A program made the translations under genes and the position numbers. Of a stretch of DNA of 64,000 nucleotides, positions 46,201 to 58,200 are shown in pieces. Each line of letters begins with the position of its first letter. The stretch's first letter is position 1. The notes under the pieces are model-generated. The model saw only the letters and a program-made list of their open reading frames with translations, was not told the DNA's origin and did no database searches. This DNA comes from Lytechinus pictus (taxonomy: Eukaryota): the NCBI RefSeq assembly GCF_037042905.1, contig NC_087250.1:15254001-15318000 (forward strand), given 5' to 3'.

Positions 46201-49200
46201 CATAGATACTAAGCATTCGGCCCATTTTTGGTGTTTTAAAAAGCAAATTTGCTCTAATAAAAATGCTGATAGTTTAAAAACAAGCACATGAACCCCTATT
46301 TTTTAATGTTTGTACCTCTTAGATATACCTTCCTCTACAACTCTGCAAATTTTGGTGAAAATGACATGGATTTTGAATAAAGTGCAGCATTTATTGTACG
46401 TTTGTAGTTTGTTACTGAAATTTTACATTTTTCAGATTGCGAATTTGTTATCTTTTACGCCATTTTTAAGAACTGACAGTGCTGTTAAACTTAAAATTGC
46501 AAACAAATAGCACTATTAATAGATTATCCATTCTAACGATACAATTATTAACTCTCTTGCAAAATTTGATGACTTTTTCATGTATTTTGAATGAGTAATG
46601 GAGGTTTAAACTTATTGTAGTAATCTTGAGCGGTCTAAAAATGCCAAATTCTTTTGAATGCGCAATTCTTAAGAACATCAATTTGGGTGAACTTTGAAGC
46701 TCTATAGCAAAAAATCAAGCACATGGACCTATGTTAATTTTTGCATATTTAAAATATTAAGGTTCTTAAGTATCTATGTGCAAAGTTTGGTGAAAATGAC
46801 ATGGATTTCACTTTAACTGTGGAACGTCCTTAAATAGTAAAAGCAAGAGAAGTAGAAATCATTCATGTACATGTATGATGGGTGTTTCAGATACATAAAG
46901 TATTAATATGTATACTTTTAGATACCTCTTATTTTGGTGTTCCCCAGGGAGCTCTTGTATAAACATTATTCCTCTTATTTTGGTGTTCCACAGGGAGCTG
47001 TTGTATCACCTAGTGATGAAGATTCTCAGACCTTCATGGTGAATGCTGCTAATGGGGAAGTATATAGACTTCGTGCTCAAGATGCCAAAGAGAGACAGCT
47101 GTGGGTTAGCCGTCTGAGGTCTATCGTCCAGAGACAAAGGGATATGCTTATGGTGAGGTCATAATTGTAATAATAATAATAATGGCATGTTTACTCACGT
47201 TAGCCACTTCATTTCCGAAAACTGTTCTCCCAACAGGTCCTGCTATTATTATTATACTTCTTCCTGATTTATGGGCTTTGCCCGATGTCCTTTTCTTACC
47301 CCATTACTCCCTCTATCCTGCACTTTTTTCTGAGTTTTAATTTCTATACTAAAGAGATAAAGGATGTGCTCATGGTTAGGTCATAGAACTGCGCCTCAGA
47401 ATGGTTTACTAGATAGATAGCGCATAATAAATGCTGTGTTTATTGATTAAATGACCATACCTTCTTTCCATCAAGGATATCAGTGACCCATCCATTATAT
47501 TTATCATCAACAAAATCAAATCTTCGCAAGAACTCGCTTTGCAGCTGTGTTTATTTTACAATGTGGTGTTGTGATACATATATGATGAATTTCTTTTTGC
47601 TGTTGTCTTTTTGCACCTTCAAATAGAGTGTTCACTGGATCTAGATTTGCGTCTCAATCTGGTGTCTTTTTCATTTCTTTAAATTTTTTCCTTACCACAG
47701 GATTTCAGGGACCCGTCCCTGACAGCATCTTCCGAATCCCTCCACAACCGCACATCGTCAAAATGGAGTCTCCACAGGAACTCGCCACGCAGCTCGGTCT
47801 CCTCTCATGCCGGTGGCAGCGGTGGGATGCCGAGGCAAACCAGGACATCGGCCACACTGACCGCAACGCAAGAGTCCTTGAGGAATGCAAAAGACATCCT
47901 GATAGTAGCCGAAGAACAACAGAAGAGCATGGTCAAGGGATTGGAGGTAAGGGTTTGCTAACCAAGTGAGCGTTTCATGAAACAATCAGTGATTTTCACT
48001 GAGTATTGTTATTGGCTACTGTAGAGGTGTTGTGGCTCAGTGGATAAGTTTCCAGACTTTGAACCGCAACGTCCTCGGTTCAAATCCCACCGCAGCACTC
48101 GCGTCCTTTGGCAAGGCGTTTATCTACATTTGCCACTCTTCACCCAGATGTAGTGAATGGGTACCCGGTAGGAAGGAATTCCTTGAATGCTTGTGCGCCC
48201 GATCAGGGTAACCGTGCTGAAGCCGGATTAATAGTATGCAGCGCTTAGAAACATTTGTTTTAAGTGCTGTATAGATGTTGCATATTATTATTATTATTAC
48301 TATAAACCGTTGCATATTATATGCTCCGAGCAAATAAGTCTGAAAATCACTGACAAATATTTTCATGAAACACTTAATCTTTAAAAAAATGTCAGCTCTA
48401 CCAAAGCCAGTGTAATAAAGCTTCATTATTGTAGCATGCTTTCATAGAGACTTCTGATAAAGTAGTGATAAGTGCTCTTATAAAGCATGTGTAGGTATTA
48501 TGATTATTATTGTTTTATTTTCTCTTTCTCATTTTTTAGTCATTACCAACCACAGGACCAGGTATCAATAGCTTAGACCATGTGAGTATGTTTTCTGCAT
48601 TAAACCTGTTTTTAGATTATAACTAAAACCCTATGGCCCTAATTTATTAAGGTGGTTTTGAAAGACATCGGTTGAACCCATGGTTTATGCAGATTTTCTG
48701 TATAAATTACGCTTAATTAACTATTGAAAAATGCCCAATACTGATGCGCGCTTTTGTCAGAGTGCACCAAATTGACATCTGTTGCCATGTTTAAGTACGT
48801 ATGCTATTTTATTCATAAGTCCACTGTTTTGAATAGTGGACTTATTAATATAAAACAAAGGACTCATGAATAAAATAGCGTACTCAACCCTGGCAACAGG
48901 GTCAATTTGGTGCACTGTTACAAGAAGGCATCAGTATTGGACATTTTTCTATAAACATTGTAAATTATGTACTTCTGAGGGTCTTGGGTTCAAGTCCAAG
49001 CCTCGGCGTAATTTCCTTCAACAAGAAATCGATCATCAATGTGCTGCACTCAACCCAGGTGAGGTAAATGGCAGGGAACCCAGGTGAGGTAAATGGCAGG
49101 GTTCCCAGCCCATCAGGAAAATCATGGAAAATTGTTTTACTTTTTTCCAGTCAGGGAAAAATAAGGGAATTTGAAAAAAATACCTCAAATCAGGGGAAAA

Positions 49201-52200
49201 TGCCTCAAATGAGGGAAAAATCTGGAAATTTTGATCGGCCCAAAAGTCAAAAGCACGGTAGTCAGTCAGACTCTGTCATATTTTTTTGCATATCAAAACA
49301 ACATCCACTGAATGACTGGTTATGGTGGTACTATTTAGTTTTATATTATTGTTTTTATACTGAAAATACATGTAATTCACTGCAACAACTTAGAAAACAT
49401 GCGAAACTGGGAATGGGTTCAAATAACTATCAGGGAATTTTTAAACTTCGTCAGGGAAAAATCTGGAAATTTTGTTTTCTTGTAAAGCTGGGAACCCTGA
49501 ATAGGTATCAGCAAAAAGTAATTCCTCAAAAAGCTGTGAGCAAGGGAATCGGTAGACCAGCTTTAATAGTGGAGGTAATGTAGGAGTGTCTTGACCACCT
49601 AACAAGCTCGGTGAATACTGTATGTGTGCTATACAAATACCTAATAGTATTATTATTCCCTCTCATCCCTTTTTTTGCTGCCTTTCCAGGATTGTTTATT
49701 ATTGAAAGCAACTTCCCAAGCCACTATGGAATGCTTAGAAGACTGTCTCACGATGCTGCAACGCCAGGAGTTGACCCAAGGTCAAAGGTCGGCCGAGGAG
49801 CTTGAACTCTCACAGAGCATGGCCAACATCAGGTACATGTAATGTGTTGTTTTGTGGTAGTTCTTGTATATTAATGTAGATTACGTTACAAAATAGTGTA
49901 TTAGTGGGACTGAAGGCAATCTTCAGTAGTGGTACATGTATGAGAATGTTTATTGGCTTCAAGGTGCTGTCAGTGAATCATTTCATTTTATTGCAGATCC
50001 CAGTGGCTATTACTTTGTAACTTATAATCTTTTCAAGTCCTGAGCTTGTAATTCCCATTTACGTTTAAATGTTTTATTTTTAAGAGGCTGTGTGTAGGGC
50101 TGACCTAGCTCTAGTGAATGACCTGTTCACACATGTTGTTGCATGGGTTTCAAAATGTTTTTTTTATATCGCTGTTCATGAACTCTTGACATTTTTCAGA
50201 TGATGTTCATACATATTGCCAAATGCAGCAATCTGTATGACATGACAACATCAATGACACCTTAACTATAATTTATGTCAGAAGTATTACATGTAAGCCA
50301 TTTACCACAAGGTGATAATGCAGTGCCCTGTGGGACACCAAAAGTTATGCATGATACATTTCAGATGGGGAAGTACTGTTTTGTCCACTCGTGAAAGAAT
50401 GAAATTGTCCATTGTGAGCAGTGCAATGTCTTGTGTAGTTGCTTAGACGTGCATCATGCTATAGTGCATATCATGCATTATAACATTTCTGCATGAGACA
50501 GAAGTTCTTGCTATCTTTAAATAAGAACATTGGTCTTTTTTTTTCTCTAGGAAAAGAATTATCAGACTACAGAGTGACTTTTATGAACAAATAATCAGTT
50601 TACAATATATTGACAGTATGATGAAATCATAATGAAAGTTATGTGTGTGTACATTTAAAAAACACATTTTCTTATCAATCACCAATACTGACAAGTGTGC
50701 ACTCCAACTAAAATTATCCTAGATTTTAAATTTTAATGAAGCTATATCCAACATAATCAAGTATTTTTTGCACATGCACAGTATAGTCGACACTATTTTT
50801 GTAATATACATTTTAATTATTCAAACAACTCAGTTCTCGACTCCATTAGTCAGATGTGTGTTTTACTTTTATCAATTAATGCATTTTCTTGTTAGGTCTA
50901 TTAATATTGGTTCTTGAATAGTAATGTCCATAGAAAAATTAAAGAGATACACTGAATGATTAAGAAAAAAAATTGTCAGTTTAATGGAAATCCTTGTCAA
51001 GAACACCATTTTTTATGTCGTGAAAGATTATTTTCTCTGACATAATTTTATACCATTGGAATAGAATAGGAGGTATTCTGTGGTCTTATTCATAGGTGTA
51101 CATGTACATGTAAAATTTGATATGTGCCAAAGTAATGTATGGTTTGCTGAGGAGTACAGTTGTCTGACTATTGCAGTGGTAAGTGATGAACACCTGAAAT
51201 TTGTCAGTGTTGATATGTATCAAACTACTGGGTTTTTTTTTTTTGGGGGGGGGGGTGTGGTTCTCTTTCAGGACATAAAATTTTTGTTTTCTGATTAGTC
51301 TTTTCATTTAATTGACATTTATTAAAATTAATTTTTCAAACACACTCAGTATATCAAATACATTGTATATTAGAGTATATATATATATATATGTATCAAA
51401 CTATTGGGGTTTTTTTTTTTGGGGGGGGGGGTCTCTTCTCAGGACATAAATTTTTTGTTTTCTGATTAGTCTTTTCATTAAATTGACATTTATTAAACTA
51501 TATTTAGAGAATCTTTAATTATGTAATATAATCATCCTGAATAATATGATGTAATTATTGCATCAATATATGAAAGGGTTTGATGAAGACCTGTAAGGAA
51601 AAGTGATTGAGCAATCATCATCCCACCCTTACAACAAAATAACAGTTGAAAACACATGTACATGTATATAGAGACCTTCCTCTCTATCCAGCATGAATTA
51701 GATTTTTATTGAAATATCATTATTACCCCAAATCAACAAGGGATTTCATCAGACTTGCCTGCTTATTTTCACCTTTGTTCTTGGTATCTCTTCATCTCTT
51801 TTGTTTACTGTACTTGTACCTTCTCTTCTGCTTGATTTTATGTCTTTTTGAGGTGCACTTTGGGATGGTCCAGGCTGGAAATATTCATATCTCAATAAAA
51901 AGAGTAAAATTCACAGAGCAAAATGCTGAAAATTTGATCAAAATCGGATAACAAATAACAAAGTAATTGAATTTTAAAGATTTGCATTATTCTGGTGAAA
52001 CAGTTCTAGGCATGTCTTTATGAATATTCATTAGGTGGGCCGATGATGTCATATCCCCACTTGATCTTTTGTATTCTATTATTTGAAATTAGGTTTATTC
52101 AAAAATGTTTCTACCAAGAACTAAAATAATTGTATTGACAACTGATTAAGTGCATTTGTTATTAATTGCCGCAACTTATTTCATCATAATGGAGACACAT

Positions 52201-55200
52201 CATTTACACATGTATGAAAAAATGAAACATTTATGATTTCATGTAATAACATAAGAAAAGGGAAAGTGGGGATGTGACATCATAAGCCCACCTAGTGAAT
52301 ATTCATGACAATGTGCATATAACTGTTTTCACAAAATATTGATAAACTTTAAAATTCAATAACTTTGTTATCCGATTTTGATGAAATTTTCAGTATTTTG
52401 CTCTGTGAATTTTACTCTATTTATTTAGATAATTTCAGCCCGGACCATCCCTTAAAAAAAAAGGATCTATGTTGTGTATGCTAATTATTTGCATCCTTTG
52501 TTTAATTCCTAATAATGTAGGGCCCCCGGGTCTCATCGCAAGGCAAAACAAATCAGGTACCCTTGACTGTATGCTTGTTACAAATCATGAAATCATTGTA
52601 AAGAATTATTTTTATAATAAAATTGGTGGATTTGTATTTACAATCTAAACTTTTTGTCATTTTGGCTGGTTCATTTCCATTCATTATTTACTACTAACAT
52701 CTAACAAGCATTTATTTATGAAACTGGTTTGTGTTATTTTCAAATCCATTCAGGACTGAAATTAGTAAGAATTTGGGCATATTTATTGTCACTCAAATTA
52801 ATATTTACTACATTTCATTGATTAATTCTACTTAATTCTTCTTTAAAAATCCTACATGTACTTACTAATTCTACATGTACACTACCGGTAATTTGACAGA
52901 AAGTCATTTTTGAGTGAAAATTTTAAGAATATTTGCCATATTCTAAGAATACATTATTGAGGATTGAGGATGCTTTGTCATTATGCCATATTCGGATTCA
53001 GATTTTATATCAGGATATAGATCTAAGTTTGTAATAATAGTGATAATAATAATAGCATGGATTTATATAGCGCACACACCATCCAAATGAAAAATCTCTT
53101 TTCTGATAGTATAATTTGTGATAAGGAATAGCTCCCAACTTGTTAGTCAGGCTCTTACATGTAATTGAAAAGATATTACAAAACATCCGGCTCCTTTAAG
53201 GGTTATTGGGTGGGTATGGGGGGGGGGGTCCTTAGAATGGGTTTAGATGCTAACTATTTATTTCTATAACACTCATCAACCACTTTTTTAGGGAGTTGGT
53301 CTCAATATTTTGATTTGTTCACATGGATACATATATCATATCCAGACTTTTGTACCCCCCTCTACCCCACCACATTGATGCATACATGTATTATGGAATA
53401 GTTTCACTTGTGTATGTTTGACTGTGTGTTATGTGTACTTTGTACATTTTATGTGATAACCCCTATTCCCATTTTCCTTGCCATTCGCTCTCCAACTGTA
53501 CATGTATACATTCTTAAAAATATATTCTATATAGGTTTAATTCTTCTCCGCAGATTTCATTGTATGTGTATGTATGTGTTTGCTGGGTTCATTTGGATCT
53601 GTGTAAGTGTGTCTCTGTCTCCCCTGTTTTGTTTCTGTCTACCTGTCTCTGTTTACAATGTCTGTCTGTCTGTCTCTCTTCCTCTCTTTTTATCCCACTC
53701 CCCAAGTTTGTTTGCATTCCTCTCTATACCCTCCTGGTTCTTGCTTCGTCTCTTTTCAATTATTTATCTGTCCTCTCTCTACTTTTCTTTCTCATAACTA
53801 TTATTTTCTCTCTTTCTTTTTTCGTCCTCTGCCCATTTCTCTCTTTCTTCTTTCTGTATTTCCTCTCCCCTCTCTCTCTCTGCTTTTACCCTGAGTCCTC
53901 CTTTTTTTCTTATAAATTTAAATAAATAGCTATCCCATTTTTTTTTCAAGCACTGTATGTACCTTACTCCTGAATTAGACCCAATATTATTACAACACAT
54001 TCCAGTCGACATTCCATGCATTTGGTTCATTGGACATACAGCTATATATTTTTTACACAGTTTACATACATGTATGGGGAATCCAGTGTGTTGAAAGTTT
54101 GAAAGAAATCAGACAATACAAATTTTATGGACATTTGATCAAGACAGGATCAAGACTGTGTAATCTCAAATTGGCAACTCGGTCAGTACATGTCACATGT
54201 GATAAGAGACAACTAATCCATTTGTACTTACAATTTTTTATGTTTTTTTAATGTGTTTCAAGAAGGCAATTTAAGGGGATTTACCAAACTTTAAAGAGGG
54301 GTTCAAAAGGGGAATGAAACACTTGGAACAAGTTAGGTTGTATGAAAACAAAAGAATATAAAGATATAAACAACAGTTTAAGAACAATTTGACAAAATGT
54401 CAAAATCACTATCATATGTAGATCCTCCTATTGGCAATGTGACCAAAATTAGTGATGTCACACAAGTATAACTCTCCTTTGAATACTGAAAATATACCCC
54501 AAAACGTATAGTTTTTTGCTCTATCAAATGATATTACTAACTTTTGTTTGTGATATTTTTTATGTGAGCACCTGATCTTTGGATAGACTTCATAAAAGTG
54601 ACAATTTTATGTAGAAAAGTAATTGGGGAATTGTACAATAGTAACATCACACTGAAACAAGTTAGTTGCATTGCCAATAGGGAGATGTCCACATTATTAG
54701 TGATCTTGCCATTCAAATGCTCATAACTTTTTTATTCTTTGCTCAATCTTTCTCACATTTTTGTTGATTTGTTTCTTTGATTTTTCTATTTTCACACAAG
54801 TTAACTTGTTCTAGAGTTTAATTTTCCTTTAATCTGTGCCCCGTCTTACAAAGAGTTACGATTGATCCGATCAATTGTAACTGTGGAAATCCATCAGTGT
54901 CATTTTTTTTTTCTACGAAAAATTTGCACAAAGTCCTTTATGTGCAAAGAGAAGCGCAGTGAATTTTCAAGAAAACAATGAATGCGTGAATATACATCAT
55001 AGCTAGAAAATATTTTGAACAAACATGCATAATAGATGTTGACGTCGTTGGCCCTCCATAGTTGCGATTGATCGGATCAATCGTAACTCTTTGTAAGACG
55101 GGGCCCAGATCTTTGAAGAGTCTTTGAAAGGAAACCGAATTCATTTTTTTTCCTCTAAAGTTTTAGAGAAACAAAAATTAATTCAGTTTCCTTTCAAAAT

Positions 55201-58200
55201 AAATTAACTTCCAATATGTTAAAAGAGACGACAAAAGTATGGAATCCCATTGAGCACAAGAACTGGTCACATGGGCTCGGTCTCACAAAGAGGTGGCGAT
55301 TGTAGATTTTCATCAAACTCGGAAATTGCGATTGATCTCAAATTTCTATACTAATTTAGATCAATCACAATTTGAGGTTGATTAGAATCTGTCACTTTGT
55401 GTGATGGGGCCTCGACATGTGTAAAACTTGTGTGTGAAGACTTCCCAACAGCATTAAGGCATGGTCGCACTGCACTTATAGATGCAGAGAGGATGTAAAA
55501 CGGAAAAGAATCTTGCCCTCTGTTGGAAAACGTTATGTATCCGCTGTGTACTCTTTGCATAGTTACATGTTTCATATGCTCTATATCCATCGAGCATCCG
55601 TCCACTGTGATTAATTGTTCGCCCATTTTGTCCATTGTCTGGAGGGGATGAAAATGGATGGAGCCACCCCGAAATTTTGCTTGTCCGCTGTATCCGTTAT
55701 GGATGCATTTTGTGTCCGTTGGCCAGTGCGACCAGGCCTTAAGAAACCATTCCCAGGGCCCCGTCTTATAAAGGGTTGCGATTGATCCAATCAATCACAA
55801 CTATGGAAAGCCAGCAAAGTCAACATATGAAATACATGTTTATTTAAAAAAAAATTCTAAGTATGAATGTATATCCATAAATTAATTGATTTCTTGACAA
55901 TTTGGTGTGATCTCCTTTGTTTACAAAAGACATTTTGCAAATTTCCTGTAGAAAAAATTATGACACTGATGGATTTCCATAGAGTTATGATTGATTGGAT
56001 CAATCGTAACTATTTGTAAGACGGGTCCAGATGTGTTTATTCCTAGTATTCTTAGATTATGAAGAGAGGCTGCTTTGCAGTTTATTGACTTAATGATAAT
56101 GAGCATCCAAGATGTTGATTTTGGTCACTCGTTAATTAGTTGTAAATTCCAGTAACCAGGGACAGTGCTAAGGAGGGGTGTTGTGGTGGGAACAGGAGGG
56201 GGGTAATGGTGCCCCTCCTCACCCCCCCTGATTCTTTGAGTGATCAAAAGAAACAAAATAAACAACACAAAGGTATTTGGTGAAGAAGAAGGAATTCCGG
56301 ATTTCGAGATAGAGAAGCCTTTGCGTAAATGTAAGTTTAACTGCGCAAGACCTGTTATCTGGTTTATACAAATAACAACTTTAACAGTGGGTCCTGTTGC
56401 TCCCCCTCCCCTTCTCAAACAAAGTCCATAGCTGGAACTGCCCCAGTCTGTTAAACAGTAATGAATTAGTATGTAGTGCTTTCAGGTGCACATGTAAATG
56501 TACCATGCGTTACTGATAGTAGTACCTTTAGGCTTTACACATTATGACATATTTCATCCATTTTGCGTCCTGAATTCTTATTTTGAGGATAATTCCGTGC
56601 AAGAAAATTCTCAACTTCCATTGGATAGCATAATTCATGAGGTAAAAATTATTTTCATAATATACTGGATATACACTATTATTTGTCTCACGTTTATAAT
56701 AGATCTAGGCTTTTTTTGCTTGTGTAAGTGTACTACTTGCATGTATCATGTTCCAATGAAAAATCAACAAAAAGAGGCAGTAATGAAACAGGTACTTTGA
56801 ATCCTGCCTATTGAGGTTTGATAAAGATTCAATATAAATGTGAATTTATATTACTGTACTAGAATGAGACTTTTAGGAGCCAGGGATTGAACCCATGACC
56901 CACTGTTTATGAGGCGGGCACTCTACCACAGAGCCACCATGCTATACAAAAGAATGCATTGGGCCCCGGACCCTGGAATCACCCCCGTTTGTGGAGAATG
57001 TTGACCTCTTTTTTATATCTTGGGTCCCCGGCCTCATTGGCCTCCCATGGGCATCTTCTAGGAACCAGAGTGAATATATATTGATATTTGTTTGAAATGA
57101 ATTCAATTCTCATAATCTACACAGTGTTGACATCAGGACACACCTCCCGGAAACCAGACCCCCTGCGGATCACCAAGCCATCCAATCAGCAAGCAGCAGA
57201 GCGATGACATCACCGCAGAGGGGCGGACCCGGAGGCATAGGCGGACCCAATACCAACACATCTCATAATGTACCAACCCCTTGTAAGTTGTGCTTTGTGA
57301 GATTTTATTATTCATTTTGATACATGATTAGTGCCTCAATTCTTTTTATTTGTTATTAGTGTTCATATCACTTTGTAAATTATGCAAAAAATCGGGATGG
57401 TGTTTTCATAAAGCTGTTTGTAAAGTTACACACAACTTTACGAACGACTGGAACATGTTCTTATACAGAAGTCAGCTAGATAGGGATATATCATATAGCA
57501 CAAGAAAGGGTCACCAGTCGTTCATATAGTCATTCGTAACTTACAAACAGCTTTATGAAATGGGCCTTGGGTGTGTAACATAAGATATGATTGATATTTA
57601 CAATCGATTGTAACTTATTGTACATGGTTTGTATAAACTTACAGTTACAATTAATACATGTAGTTCAGTAGATTGTATCTTCTATGGCCTTGATGTTTTA
57701 ATGAAAACCATTTTGTATTTTCATCCGTCTTACATGCATCAGTAAGCCACGATGATGAGGTCGCTGATGCGGATGATGATGCCGATAAGGACCTCGGTGG
57801 AGTCGAAGAACATAAGAGCATCATCCTCCATCTACTCTCTCAACTCAAACTAGGAATGGATCTGACAAAGGTAGGTCCGAGGGTTCATTGGTGGAAATCC
57901 CAGGGGGGACACGTCCCCCTACCCAAAAATAGTAGGGGGGACACAATATCAAATGTCCCCCCTACAATTTTTGGTATTTTATGATGGCAAGAATCGAAAT
58001 AAAACATGTATTTTGGATGAGATGACCTTACTTTTTGGATGATAACCTTTTTTTGCTTGACAAATATATTTTGGTCGAAATGATCTAACATTTGGGGTGA
58101 TAACTTTTTATTTTTGCCTTTGCTTGTCAAATTGTCCAGCCCCTGGTCCCCCTACCTTTGGGGAGAGATTTCCGCCCTTGCGAAGGTTAATAGCCATTTG

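Noticed and set aside
47628..47969. 113-aa ORF overlapping an OSBPL11-like exon
   Set aside because: It is an alternative frame of the real exon 47701-47946, whose true frame is fixed by neighbouring exon phases and homology
50551..53571. Other possible small exons after strong pyrimidine tracts (50551, 53554; also 49997)
   Set aside because: No convincing donor giving a frame-preserving exon, or an in-frame stop follows; not supportable without RNA data
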